The notes beneath the pieces were generated by a model. That model was not told the DNA's origin. It made no database searches and saw only the letters and a program-made list of their open reading frames with translations. From an uncultured Bacilli bacterium (GTDB taxonomy: Bacteria; Bacillota_I; Bacilli_A; RF39; UBA660), in assembly GCA_947626015.1 (NCBI GenBank), contig CANQQK010000003.1, positions 1-32,431 on the forward strand: DNA of 32,431 nucleotides. The letters are read 5' to 3'. Numbering within the stretch: the first letter of the stretch is position 1; the number at the start of each line of letters is the position of its first letter. Shown piece by piece: positions 8,485 through 18,171 of this stretch. The position numbers were made by a program, and so were the translations under genes.

Positions 8485-9289
8485 TTTGCTTGCTGGATGT
8501 TTAATGGTAGCATTAAGTATCAATTTCATCATCGAACCCGCTGGTTTATTAACAACTGGTTTCGATGGTGTTGCTTTAGCATTACATCATTATAATAATG
8601 TTAGTATTGCTCTTAATCTATTTCTTTTAAACATTATCGTTATTGCTTTTGCATCCTTGGTATCTAAAAATCATCGGGATGTTATCAAGACCTATCTTTT
8701 ACCATCCATTTTGATACCATTATTTATCTTTTTAACATCTTTCTTTACTACTAAGTTTACTATTGAATTACCAGAGATCATGCTAACGATTATCGTTGGT
8801 GGTGTTCTATGTGGTTATGGTTATAGTATGATCTGTAAGGAAGGTTATAGTGCCGGAACAATCTTCTTAATCGAAGAGATGATCTGTCATTTTACCCGTC
8901 TTCATACCAAGATCTATACTTGGGTATTTGATATCATTATGTTAATCCTAGCTAGTTCGATATTCGAATATAAGATCATTTTATATTCATTGATGATTAT
9001 TGCGATTACGAAATATATGATCGTTAGAGCTCGTGTTGGTATTAATGATTCGAAGATGTTTTATGTCATTACATCTAAGGAACATGAGGTTAAAAACTAT
9101 ATCATGCATGATTTAAAATATAAACTTACGGTAATGGATGTTAAAGGTGGTTTTTCTAAAAAGAAGAATCATATCTTCTTGACAGTTATATCTTCAAATG
9201 ATTATTATAAATTAAAGGAAGGTATTAAAGTAATCGATCCGAATGCTTTTATTGCAATAACTTCCACATATGATGTTCTTAATAGATAG
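8459..9289 (+). CDS. YitT/DUF161-DUF2179 family membrane protein
   Basis: Multiple TM segments, 'L.TGFDG' and 'G.SAGT' repeats, and a C-terminal GGFS...IDPNAFI domain. Overlaps the prfB 3' end. Confidence 0.85.
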   Translation: MAKIVRIFNLLAGCLMVALSINFIIEPAGLLTTGFDGVALALHHYNNVSIALNLFLLNIIVIAFASLVSKNHRDVIKTYLLPSILIPLFIFLTSFFTTKFTIELPEIMLTIIVGGVLCGYGYSMICKEGYSAGTIFLIEEMICHFTRLHTKIYTWVFDIIMLILASSIFEYKIILYSLMIIAITKYMIVRARVGINDSKMFYVITSKEHEVKNYIMHDLKYKLTVMDVKGGFSKKKNHIFLTVISSNDYYKLKEGIKVIDPNAFIAITSTYDVLNR

Positions 9290-9298
9290 AGGTGTAAT

Positions 9299-9748
9299 AT
9301 GAAGAGAGTGAGAATATTACTATTAGGTCTCTTATGTGTCCTATTAACAGGATGTGCTGATACTCGTAAAGCTTTAAGTCCTGATGAGTTTAGTGAAACC
9401 TTAAAGGGTTTAGATTATACAGTATTAGATAAGACTGATACCGTTGATTATGCTGATGCTGCTTATTATGTTAATACGGATGATTTTGAATTTGTTTATA
9501 TCAATGGTAAACGTCGTTATGATATCGAAGGTTTATTCGTTGAAGAGTGTAAGAATATGGTAAGTATTATTGGTAGTGAAGAGTATGAAAAAGATCTTCA
9601 TAGTGGTGAAAATTATGCTTATGCTAAGTTTACTACCAAGGATAATTTCTATTATGTATCATGGATTGATGATACCTATATCTATATCAAAGCTTCTATA
9701 AGTGAAAGAGAAGATCTTGAATATATCATTGAAAAGTTAGGATATTAA
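9299..9748 (+). CDS. Lipoprotein of unknown function
   Basis: MKRVRILLLGLLCVLLTGC lipobox. SD GAGGTG. Confidence 0.75.
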   Translation: MKRVRILLLGLLCVLLTGCADTRKALSPDEFSETLKGLDYTVLDKTDTVDYADAAYYVNTDDFEFVYINGKRRYDIEGLFVEECKNMVSIIGSEEYEKDLHSGENYAYAKFTTKDNFYYVSWIDDTYIYIKASISEREDLEYIIEKLGY

Positions 9749-9841
9749 ATCCGCTTTTTTTGTATACTTTAATGTAAAGTTATATTTTATTTACATGTCT
9801 AATTACATATCTTGGTATAATTACAATAGGAGTTGATATCT

Positions 9842-10279
9842 ATGAAGGAAAAGATAGCTTCTTATGATGCTGAACTTAATAATATCAAGTTAGTAGTTGA
9901 TAAATTAGTAACCAAACAAAATGCTGATGTTTTTGATAAAATCTGTAAGATGTGCAATGATTTATTTACCAAGGTTTGTGATTATGATCCTAAGAGTTTA
10001 AATCTCGATGATATAAAGGGTCTTATTGGTATCTTACAAAGACTTTTAGATATCTGTCATAAGCTTAAAGATTATAAGGATTATCTTGTAGGTGTTGTTA
10101 CGCAAAACATCAATGCTCTTAACCAAAATAAGGATGCTATCGTAGCCCAAGGTGATAAAGAAGCTCCAGCACCACCAAGTGCACCAATAACTGCTGTCGA
10201 AGAGGTTAAGCCTGAAGATGTATCATCTGTAGTAACCTTAAAATTAAATAATGATGAAAATTTTAAAAATGCTGCATAA
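9842..10279 (+). CDS. Hypothetical helical protein with Pro/Ala linker and ssrA-like C-terminus
   Basis: SD AGGAG then ATG 9842, extended -10 TGGTATAAT upstream, own terminator. Ends ...NNDENFKNAA. Confidence 0.7.
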   Translation: MKEKIASYDAELNNIKLVVDKLVTKQNADVFDKICKMCNDLFTKVCDYDPKSLNLDDIKGLIGILQRLLDICHKLKDYKDYLVGVVTQNINALNQNKDAIVAQGDKEAPAPPSAPITAVEEVKPEDVSSVVTLKLNNDENFKNAA

Positions 10280-10291
10280 AGCATTTTTTTT
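10265..10291 (+). terminator. Intrinsic terminator
   Basis: AAAAATGC-loop-GCATTTTT followed by Ts. Confidence 0.6.
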
Positions 10292-10361
10292 CATATTTTA
10301 TTCATAAAAATGATATATATTTTTAAATGTAGATGTGATAAAATCTATAATAGGTGAGACT

Positions 10362-11297
10362 ATGGGAGTTAAAATATTTAAAACCCTAGACGAGCAAATC
10401 GAAATCCTAAAGAATAAGGGGCTTGTAATTGACGATGTAGATTATGCTAAAAAAATAATCTTAAGAGAGAATTACTTCTTCCTAATGGGATATCGTCACT
10501 TGTTTATGGATAGTGAGAAAAATAATAAATTTTTCTTACAAGGAACAGCATTCAGAGAACTATATGCCTTATTTTATTTCGATCGTCAATTGCGAAATAT
10601 CTTATTTAAAAATATATTGATCATTGAAAATAATACTAAGAGTATTTTCTCATACACCTTATCACAAAAATATGGTTATCGTGAAAATGATTATTTAAAA
10701 CCTAATAACTATAACCAATCTCCAGAAAAGGTACGACAAGTAAATGACTTGTTAAGAAAGATGAAAAGACAGATTAGAATCAATGGTAATCAACATGAAG
10801 CAACCAAGCATTACATCAATAATTATGGTTATATACCTCTATGGGTTGTTGTAAAAGTATTATCATTTGGTATTGTCAGTGAACTATATAATATTATGAA
10901 ATTTAATGATCAAAAAGAGATTGCTAAGGAATATAACATCGATGTCGATTCTCTTTTGACCTTCTTACCTATATTAGCAAATTATCGTAATCTATGTGCT
11001 CATGAGGATATCCTGTTTGAACATAAAACCCAAAAGGTTATACCTGATAATATCTACCATGATGCTCTAAACATACCTAAGGTTAACAATGAATATATAT
11101 ATGGTAAGGGAGATGTCTTCTCCGTTATGTTAATATTCAAATTTATGTTATCTAAGGATGACTTTAGAATGCTAATGAATGAGATATCATATGAAATCGA
11201 TAAATTAGAAGGTCGTTTACAAACGATAAAGATTGATATGGTTCTTAATCGAATGGGATTTCCAGTGAACTACAAGGTTTTATCTGAAATAGATTAG
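10362..11297 (+). CDS. Abi-like (Abi_2; AbiD/AbiF family) HEPN protein
   Basis: KTLDEQIEILKNKGL...NY, LFYFDRQLR, IPLWVVVKVLSFG and the HEPN RxxxxH motif RNLCAH (10986-11003). ATG 10362 after AGGTGA. Confidence 0.88.
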   Translation: MGVKIFKTLDEQIEILKNKGLVIDDVDYAKKIILRENYFFLMGYRHLFMDSEKNNKFFLQGTAFRELYALFYFDRQLRNILFKNILIIENNTKSIFSYTLSQKYGYRENDYLKPNNYNQSPEKVRQVNDLLRKMKRQIRINGNQHEATKHYINNYGYIPLWVVVKVLSFGIVSELYNIMKFNDQKEIAKEYNIDVDSLLTFLPILANYRNLCAHEDILFEHKTQKVIPDNIYHDALNIPKVNNEYIYGKGDVFSVMLIFKFMLSKDDFRMLMNEISYEIDKLEGRLQTIKIDMVLNRMGFPVNYKVLSEID

Positions 11298-11310
11298 CAA
11301 GGTGGAATTT

Positions 11311-12444
11311 ATGGAAAAGAAAGAAACTAAAAAAGATAATTTTGGAATTAAATTGATGGTTGGAGCTTTAGTTGTCATCCTCGTTGTTGTTGTCATCATG
11401 GATTTAGTAGATAGCTATGTTCCGCTAAAAGATATTCTTACGAAGACAGTTAATTATACTACCCAAAAAGAGGTTACCGTAACCGATGAAGGTATTGCTG
11501 ATGCCGTTGAAAAACTATACGATGCAACGGTTATCGTAAAGATTACCAATGGTGGTAAAGTTATTGGTTGGGGTAGTGGTGTTGTCTATAATAAGGATCA
11601 AAAATATGGATATATCTTTACCAATCACCATGTCGTTGAAGATGCCCGTGACATCGTTATTGAATATACCGATGGTACGGAGACATCTGGTGAGGTTTTA
11701 GGTAGCGATGAATATGCTGATGTGGCGGTTATTAGAGTTGATGTTAATACCATTAAAGCGGTTGCTGAAATTGGTAAGAGTGAAGGATTACGTCCTGGTG
11801 ATACCGTTTTCGCTGTTGGTACGCCAATCGATCTAGCATATAAATTTACCGTTACAAGAGGTATTCTAAGTGGTAAAGATCGTATGGTTGAGATGACGAA
11901 TAATGATCGTTATAATATGTCAGCTAGTGATTCTTGGTATATGAATCTTTTACAAATCGATGCTTCAATAAACTCTGGTAATAGTGGTGGACCACTTGCC
12001 AATTCTAATGGTGAAGTAATCGGTATTACGAATAGTAAATTATCTAGTACTTATTCATCTACAAGTATTGAAAATATTGGTTTTGCTATTCCAATTGAAG
12101 ATGCTTTAAGTGTTGCTGATAAATTGATCAACAATGATGGTAAGATTGAAAGACCCGTTTTAGGTGTCAGTATGGTAACGATCGAAGCAGCTGATTATTA
12201 TGATATCGATTTAAGCTCTGATGTTACTGAAGGTGCTTTAGTCGCCGATGTTACTAAGGGAAGTGTTGCTGATAAAGCCGGACTTAAAAAAGGTGATGTT
12301 ATCATCAAGATGGAAGATTATAAGATTAAGGATTATATGTATCTAAAATATTATCTATATCGTTATGATATAGGAGATACAATTAAAATAACCTATCTTC
12401 GTGATAATAAAGAAAAAGAAGTATCTATTACTTTAAAGGATTAG
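11311..12444 (+). CDS. htrA: HtrA-family membrane-anchored serine protease with PDZ domain
   Basis: N-terminal TM segment. Triad TNHHV / DVAV / INSGNSGGPL. C-terminal PDZ. Confidence 0.93.
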   Translation: MEKKETKKDNFGIKLMVGALVVILVVVVIMDLVDSYVPLKDILTKTVNYTTQKEVTVTDEGIADAVEKLYDATVIVKITNGGKVIGWGSGVVYNKDQKYGYIFTNHHVVEDARDIVIEYTDGTETSGEVLGSDEYADVAVIRVDVNTIKAVAEIGKSEGLRPGDTVFAVGTPIDLAYKFTVTRGILSGKDRMVEMTNNDRYNMSASDSWYMNLLQIDASINSGNSGGPLANSNGEVIGITNSKLSSTYSSTSIENIGFAIPIEDALSVADKLINNDGKIERPVLGVSMVTIEAADYYDIDLSSDVTEGALVADVTKGSVADKAGLKKGDVIIKMEDYKIKDYMYLKYYLYRYDIGDTIKITYLRDNKEKEVSITLKD

Positions 12445-12462
12445 TTATCTAGTCCTTTTTTT
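12435..12462 (+). terminator. Intrinsic terminator after htrA
   Basis: AAAGGATTAG-TTAT-CTAGTCCTTT followed by Ts. Confidence 0.85.
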
Positions 12463-12507
12463 ATTGAAACTTTTAGGTTATAATATCTTTTGAAAAGAGG
12501 GATATTT

Positions 12508-13614
12508 ATGTCATTGAAAGCGGGAATTGTTGGTTTACCTAATGTTGGTAAATCGACACTATTTAATGCCATTACGAAAAAGAATATCTTAGCTGCTAAT
12601 TATCCATTTGCAACTATTGATCCCAATATTGGTGTTGTAACGGTACCTGATAAAAGACTTGATTATTTAAATAAGATGTATGAACCTAAGAGTTTAGTAC
12701 CAACTGCTTATGAATTTATTGATATTGCTGGTCTTGTTAAAGGAGCTAGTACGGGTGAAGGATTAGGTAATAAATTTTTAAGCCATATTCGTGAGGTTGA
12801 TGCGATTGTAGAGGTTGTTCGTTGCTTCGATGATAAGGATATCACCCATGTTGAGGGTGGTGTAGATCCCATTAGAGATATCGAGATCATCAATGTTGAA
12901 CTTATCCTAGCGGATTTAGAGGTTTTACAAAATCGTTTAAATAAGATGGGTAAAAAGGTTACGATGACCAAAGATAAACAAGAACTATTAGAGATCAATA
13001 CCTTAAAGAAAAGTATTGAAGCTTTGGAACGCAATATTCCTTTAAGATTAGTTGACTTCGATGATAGTGAAAGAAATATCTTAAAGAACTTCTCTTTGAT
13101 TACCTATAAACCGATCATCTATGCTGCTAATGTTGGTGAAGATGATATCGCTGTTGGTCGTAATGATTATACGGATAAGGTTAGTGAATATGCCAAGAAT
13201 GAAAATGCTCGTGTCATTACGATGTGTGCTAAGATCGAAGCGGAATTATCTGGTATGAGCGATGAAGACCGAGCATTATTCATGGAAGATTTAGGTATCA
13301 AAAATAGTGGCCTTGATAAACTAATCTTTGCAACCTATGATTTACTAGGATTACAAACCTTCTTTACATCAGGAAGCGATGAATGTCGAGCATGGACCTT
13401 TAAAAAGGGTATGAAAGCTCCGGAATGTGCTGGTATTATTCATACCGATTTCGAAAGAGGTTTTATTAAAGCCGAAGTAATCAGTTATGACGATTTGGTT
13501 CAATATGGTTCGGAATTACGTGTTAAAGAAGCTGGTAAAGTCCGTCTTGAAGGTAAGGATTACGAGATGCAAGATGGTGATATTGTTTACTTTAGATTTA
13601 ATGTTACCAAGTAA
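12508..13614 (+). CDS. ychF: Ribosome-binding ATPase YchF
   Basis: [36 protein letters not shown] and C-terminal TGS domain. Confidence 0.97.
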   Translation: MSLKAGIVGLPNVGKSTLFNAITKKNILAANYPFATIDPNIGVVTVPDKRLDYLNKMYEPKSLVPTAYEFIDIAGLVKGASTGEGLGNKFLSHIREVDAIVEVVRCFDDKDITHVEGGVDPIRDIEIINVELILADLEVLQNRLNKMGKKVTMTKDKQELLEINTLKKSIEALERNIPLRLVDFDDSERNILKNFSLITYKPIIYAANVGEDDIAVGRNDYTDKVSEYAKNENARVITMCAKIEAELSGMSDEDRALFMEDLGIKNSGLDKLIFATYDLLGLQTFFTSGSDECRAWTFKKGMKAPECAGIIHTDFERGFIKAEVISYDDLVQYGSELRVKEAGKVRLEGKDYEMQDGDIVYFRFNVTK

Positions 13615-13635
13615 GATAGATTATTCTATCTTTTT
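13613..13635 (+). terminator. Intrinsic terminator after ychF
   Basis: AAGATAGA-TTAT-TCTATCTT followed by Ts. Confidence 0.8.
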
Positions 13636-13670
13636 ATTTCGTAAATATATATTTAGAGGAAACTTATTTG

Positions 13671-13699
13671 TTTACAAAGAAAATATTCGGTGTTATAAT
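13671..13699 (+). promoter_or_regulatory. sigma-A promoter of rpsF-ssb-rpsR
   Basis: TTTACA, 17 bp spacer, extended -10 TGtTATAAT. Confidence 0.8.
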
Positions 13700-13704
13700 A
13701 CGCC

Positions 13705-13760
13705 TAGAGCGAAAGCTCCTTGCTTAGATAAATGCTAAGCCGAATAGACCATAAGGAGGT
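13705..13760 (+). ncRNA. S6:S18 ribosomal protein leader (autoregulatory RNA)
   Basis: CTCCTT (13716-13721) pairs with SD AAGGAG (13753-13758). Inner hairpin GCTTAG/CTAAGC is followed by the CCG motif typical of the S6:S18-binding leader. Lies directly 5' of rpsF. Confidence 0.8.
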
Positions 13761-13766
13761 GTAGAG

Positions 13767-14057
13767 ATGAACAAATACGAAATGATGTTCATAGTTAAAA
13801 CTACTATTGATGAAGGTGCAATTAAAAGTGTTGCTGAGAACCTAAAAGCAGTTATTACTTCTATGAAGGGTGAAATAACTGAAGAAAAAGAAATCGGTAA
13901 TAAGAAGTTAGCTTATCCTATCAATAAAGAAGTAACTGGTTATTATTATGTTATTGATTTCAATGCTAATAAGGAATTAGTTGCTGAACTAGATCGTAAA
14001 GCTAGAATTGATGAAAATATCATTAGACATATGATTATTTCATTAGATGAGGAATAG
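13767..14057 (+). CDS. rpsF: 30S ribosomal protein S6
   Basis: MNKYEMMFI...G.KKLAYPINK...GYY...IRHMII. Confidence 0.97.
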   Translation: MNKYEMMFIVKTTIDEGAIKSVAENLKAVITSMKGEITEEKEIGNKKLAYPINKEVTGYYYVIDFNANKELVAELDRKARIDENIIRHMIISLDEE

Positions 14058-14059
14058 TT

Positions 14060-14515
14060 ATGAATAATGTTTGTTTAGTTGGAAGATTAACAAGAGATCC
14101 TGAGTTAAGAACTACTGCTACTGGTGTTGCTAATTGCCGTTTTTCTATCGCTGTTGATGGAAGACCGGGTGCTAATGGTGAACCCCATACTGATTTTATT
14201 AATATCGTTGTATGGCGTAACCAAGCCGAAAATGTTAGCAAATATTGTAAGAAAGGTTCAATGGTTGGTATCGTTGGACGTATTCAAACAGGTAGCTATC
14301 AAGCTCAAGATGGAACTACAAGATATACTACGGATGTTGTTGCTGACAATGTTCGCTTCTTAAGTAGTAAGAATGGCGGAGGTTCTGAATATAGTGATCC
14401 AATGCCAGATTATAGTATGGGAGATCAAACAAGCCAACCTACTGATTTAGAAGAAGATCCATTTAAAGATTTGGGTTCTGAAGTAGTTTTGAGTGATGAT
14501 GATTTACCATTTTAG
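14060..14515 (+). CDS. ssb: Single-stranded DNA-binding protein
   Basis: LVGRLTRDPELR OB-fold and C-terminal DDDLPF. Confidence 0.97.
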   Translation: MNNVCLVGRLTRDPELRTTATGVANCRFSIAVDGRPGANGEPHTDFINIVVWRNQAENVSKYCKKGSMVGIVGRIQTGSYQAQDGTTRYTTDVVADNVRFLSSKNGGGSEYSDPMPDYSMGDQTSQPTDLEEDPFKDLGSEVVLSDDDLPF

Positions 14516-14529
14516 AAAGGATGAATAAA

Positions 14530-14745
14530 ATGGCTGAATTTTATAGAAAGAAAAAGAAAATTTGTCAAATGTGCGCTGGTAAAAGCGTTGATTATAAAGA
14601 TGTAGCTATTGTTTCTAAATACATTAATGAAAAGGGTAAAATAATGCCTAGACGTATGACCGGAGCATGTGCTAAACATCAAAGACATATTGCTCAACAA
14701 GTTAAGAGAGCACGTTTTATGGCTTTAATACCATTTGTTAAATAA
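14530..14745 (+). CDS. rpsR: 30S ribosomal protein S18 (zinc-binding C+ form)
   Basis: CQMC...DYKD...GKIMPRRMTGACAKHQR. ATG 14530 is better spaced from SD AGAAAGG than ATG 14521. Confidence 0.96.
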   Translation: MAEFYRKKKKICQMCAGKSVDYKDVAIVSKYINEKGKIMPRRMTGACAKHQRHIAQQVKRARFMALIPFVK

Positions 14746-14746
14746 T

Positions 14747-14768
14747 GACACCTTCATGGTGTTTTTTT
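14747..14768 (+). terminator. Intrinsic terminator after rpsR
   Basis: GACACC-TTCAT-GGTGTT followed by Ts. Confidence 0.8.
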
Positions 14769-14837
14769 ATTGCTTCATTTTTAATGCATTGTAGGTTATA
14801 ATTTGATATAATATTTTTTAGAAAGCGAGTGAAAACG

Positions 14838-15275
14838 ATGAAAGTAATTTTGCTTACGGATGTTAAAAAACAAGGTAAAAAGGATCAGATAATTGATGTA
14901 TCTGATGGCTATGCTACTAACTTTTTAATCAATAAAGGTTTAGCAGTACCTTATAATGATACTAATAAAAAGAAATTAGAAAGAGATTTAAATAATCGTG
15001 CTTTAGCAGAAGAGAATTTAATTAAAGAATGTGAAGCATTAAAGAAAAAGTTAGAAAATGTGGTAGTTAAATTTAAAGTAAAAACGGGTAAAGATGGAAG
15101 AATGTTTGGTACGATATCTAGTAAACAAATAGCCGATGAATTAAAAAAGATGGGTTATGATATCGATAAGAAAAAGATTACGTGTGATCATTCCCTTGAT
15201 TCCTTGGGAACACATATCGTAAAGGTAAACTTACATAAAAAGGTTGTGTGTGATTTAAAAGTTATAGCTGAATAG
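14838..15275 (+). CDS. rplI: 50S ribosomal protein L9
   Basis: MKVILLTDVK..GKK...VSDGYA.NFL and G.MFG.IS motifs. Confidence 0.96.
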   Translation: MKVILLTDVKKQGKKDQIIDVSDGYATNFLINKGLAVPYNDTNKKKLERDLNNRALAEENLIKECEALKKKLENVVVKFKVKTGKDGRMFGTISSKQIADELKKMGYDIDKKKITCDHSLDSLGTHIVKVNLHKKVVCDLKVIAE

Positions 15276-15286
15276 AGGAGTAAGTT

Positions 15287-16648
15287 ATGAATGACAGTAG
15301 AAATAATGATCCTAAAAATTTAGAAGCTGAGATGGCTGTCTTAGGATGTGCTTTTTTATCCAAAGATGCTTTAGAAAAGATCAGTGAAGAACTTAGTGCT
15401 GATATGTTTTATGATAAGAAGAATGCAACGATCTTTAATGCCATGAAGGAATTGCAAGGAAGACATGAAACGATTGATGCCACAATCTTAAAAAATGAAA
15501 TTGAAAAGGTAACACCAATCAATGCAGTTGGTGGTGTAGAATATTTAACGGATGTTATCGATTCAGTGGTATCAGCATCAAATGTGGAATCATATATCGA
15601 TATCGTTCGCGAAAAAGCTTTAAGAAGAAAATTGATCAATGTCTGTGAAGGTATTGAAAATACCGCTCGTGATGAGGGTAAGGACACCTTTAATATTATC
15701 GAAAAAGCCGAAAAGGATATCTTCGAAGTTACGAAGACGAGAAAGACTGGAGACTTTAAGACTAGTGCGCAAGTTGTGGCTTCCGCTAATGATCAATTGG
15801 TGGCTTTATCCAAAAGAGGTAGTGATATTACTGGTATTGCGACGGGATTTGTTGATTTCGATCATATGACCAGCGGTTTGCATCCTAATGAGCTGATCAT
15901 TATTGCCGCAAGACCAGCTATGGGTAAAACAGCTTTCGCTTTAAATGTTGCGGTTAATGCTGCTTTATCATCTGGTAAAGGAGTTGCTATCTTCAATCTT
16001 GAGATGGGTGCCGAACAATTGATGTTTCGTATGATTTCTGCTGTTGGTGGTGTTGATGGTAATGTTTTGAAGACTGGTAAACTTACCAATGATGACTGGA
16101 GTCGGGTTAAAGAAGCTATGAGTGAACTAAAGGATGCTCCCCTATACTTCGAAGATACCCCAGGTATTACGATTGGCGAGATTCGTAGCAAATGTCGTAA
16201 ACTTCAAAGTCAAAGTCATAATGGACTAGGGCTAATCGTTATCGACTACCTACAACTTATCAGTGGGGGACCAGGTTATGGCAATAATCGTCAACAAGAG
16301 GTATCCGATATTTCGCGTAGTTTAAAGACGATGGCGATGGAATTAGAGGTTCCTGTTGTCGCTCTAGCACAATTATCACGTAGCGTTGAAGGAAGGGAAA
16401 ACAAACGACCAATCATGTCCGATCTTCGTGAATCTGGTTCTATTGAACAAGATGCCGATATCGTTGCTTTCCTTTATCGTGATGATTACTATAATAAACC
16501 AGCTGGTCAAACCGAAGAGAATCCTATTTCCCTTTCCGAATTGATCATTGCTAAACATCGTAATGGTTCTAACGGAACCGTGGAATTAGTATTCCAAAAG
16601 AATATCAGTAATTTTTCTAATTATGTTAAAAATGTTAAAGAGAATTAG
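15287..16648 (+). CDS. dnaB: Replicative DNA helicase (DnaB family; DnaC in Bacillus nomenclature)
   Basis: AARPAMGKT, IDYLQL, QLSR.VE.R..KRP..SDLRESGSIEQDAD and KHRNG. Confidence 0.97.
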   Translation: MNDSRNNDPKNLEAEMAVLGCAFLSKDALEKISEELSADMFYDKKNATIFNAMKELQGRHETIDATILKNEIEKVTPINAVGGVEYLTDVIDSVVSASNVESYIDIVREKALRRKLINVCEGIENTARDEGKDTFNIIEKAEKDIFEVTKTRKTGDFKTSAQVVASANDQLVALSKRGSDITGIATGFVDFDHMTSGLHPNELIIIAARPAMGKTAFALNVAVNAALSSGKGVAIFNLEMGAEQLMFRMISAVGGVDGNVLKTGKLTNDDWSRVKEAMSELKDAPLYFEDTPGITIGEIRSKCRKLQSQSHNGLGLIVIDYLQLISGGPGYGNNRQQEVSDISRSLKTMAMELEVPVVALAQLSRSVEGRENKRPIMSDLRESGSIEQDADIVAFLYRDDYYNKPAGQTEENPISLSELIIAKHRNGSNGTVELVFQKNISNFSNYVKNVKEN

Positions 16649-16656
16649 GTGATTTA

Positions 16657-18171
16657 ATGAAAGATAAAATATGGGGGTTATTAATATTAGTTATCGTATC
16701 CTTTGTACTCTTCTTTGTTGGTATGGATACGCGTGTACTAGGGGACCCCATTGAAGCTTATCAAGTATACCTTGATGGTGAAAAGATTGGTTTAATATCC
16801 TCTAAAGATGAACTCTTAAGCATGATCGATACCGAACAACAAGAGTTAAAGGAAAAATATCATGCATCTAAGGTTTATCCACCAAATGGACTCGATATTA
16901 GAAAGGTCTATACCTATGACAATGATATCGTAACTGCTAGTTCGATATATGAAGGTATTAAAGATGAAGAACCTTTTACTATTGATGGTTATACGGTAAC
17001 GATTAAATATCGTGATGATGTTTTAAACGAAGATGGTACGAAACGTAATCCCGAAGGGGAAAGAAAGATTTATCTTTTAGATAAATCATTGATAAAAGAT
17101 GCCTTATATAATGTTGCGGTAGCTTTTATTGGTGAAGAAGATGTTGATAATTATAATAAGGGTACCCAAAGTGAAATCGTGGAAACGGGTGAAATTATTA
17201 ATTCCATCTATTTCGATGATACCATTACCGTTAAAAAGGATTTGATCTCTACCGAAGAATATATCTTTAGTGATGTTAGTACTTTATCTAAATATTTATT
17301 ATATGGTACCTTAGATGATCAAAAGACCTATACGACCAAATTAGGTGAAGACTTGCAATCGATTGCAACTGCAAATCACTTAAATATCGAAGAGTTATTG
17401 ATTGCTAATCCACAATATAAGTCTGCAGATGTCTTACTTACCGAAGGTGAAGTTATCAATATTGGTCTAATTAATCCCTTAGTAAATGTCGTTTATCGTA
17501 AGACCGATGTTCGCAATGTTAATATTGCTTATACAACGGAATATGTATCCGATAAAACCAAATTAAAAAACTATAAGGTTGTTACGACGAAAGGACAAAA
17601 TGGTACAAGCCGTATAACCCAAGAGATTCGTTATGTTAATGGGGTTATTCAATCCTTACAGATAACGGAAAACAATGTTATTACACCTGTTATCAATGAG
17701 GTTGTTACGGTTGGTACACGTACTGGCGAAGGTAATACGCATTATGATGTTACCTTAGGTAATGATGAATACTTCTGGCCGACTCTAGTACCATTTATGA
17801 TGTCAACACGTTTTGAATGGCGTTGGGGAAAACATCACGATGGTATCGATATCTTTGGTACCGGTTTTGGTTCACCAATATTTGCGGTTCATGATGGTAT
17901 CGTTTATCGTACGAATTATAATGCCAATACCTCAACTGGTGTGGCTGTCTATATGGACCATGAAAATGGTTACTATACAATCTACATGCATCTATCAAAG
18001 ATCTTGGTTAAAGAAGGTCAAAGAGTTAAGAAAGGTGAACAGATCGCTAAGATGGGTAATACAGGTAATTCTGAAGGTACCCACTTACACTTAGGTGTCT
18101 TCGTTGGTGATCGTCCATACAGTATGAAGTCACAAGCTGTCGATCCTTGTTCAACAATCTTCAAATGTTAG
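16657..18171 (+). CDS. Membrane-anchored M23 peptidoglycan endopeptidase with LysM and G5 domains
   Basis: N-terminal TM segment. LysM (YTTKLGEDLQSIA...LLIANP). G5 (G.NG...YVNG...PVINEVVTVGT). M23 motifs HDGID, YMHL, HLH. Confidence 0.9.
   Translation: MKDKIWGLLILVIVSFVLFFVGMDTRVLGDPIEAYQVYLDGEKIGLISSKDELLSMIDTEQQELKEKYHASKVYPPNGLDIRKVYTYDNDIVTASSIYEGIKDEEPFTIDGYTVTIKYRDDVLNEDGTKRNPEGERKIYLLDKSLIKDALYNVAVAFIGEEDVDNYNKGTQSEIVETGEIINSIYFDDTITVKKDLISTEEYIFSDVSTLSKYLLYGTLDDQKTYTTKLGEDLQSIATANHLNIEELLIANPQYKSADVLLTEGEVINIGLINPLVNVVYRKTDVRNVNIAYTTEYVSDKTKLKNYKVVTTKGQNGTSRITQEIRYVNGVIQSLQITENNVITPVINEVVTVGTRTGEGNTHYDVTLGNDEYFWPTLVPFMMSTRFEWRWGKHHDGIDIFGTGFGSPIFAVHDGIVYRTNYNANTSTGVAVYMDHENGYYTIYMHLSKILVKEGQRVKKGEQIAKMGNTGNSEGTHLHLGVFVGDRPYSMKSQAVDPCSTIFKC

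Noticed and set aside
10280-10335. Possible antitoxin ncRNA or repeat array upstream of the Abi gene
   Set aside because: Only a terminator tail and a weak A/U-only imperfect hairpin upstream of the predicted -10. No repeats or stable structure.
13487-13738. 83-aa ORF spanning the ychF end and rpsF promoter
   Set aside because: Crosses a terminator, promoter and the S6:S18 leader, and has no recognisable motif.
16090-16410. Possible arginine codon reassignment (AGG or CGG), reported in some uncultured low-GC Bacilli
   Set aside because: AGG falls at a conserved Arg in DnaB (VEG-R-ENKRP) and at AFL-R in RF2. CGG falls at a basic position (DW-S-R) in DnaB. The standard code fits, though the sample is small.
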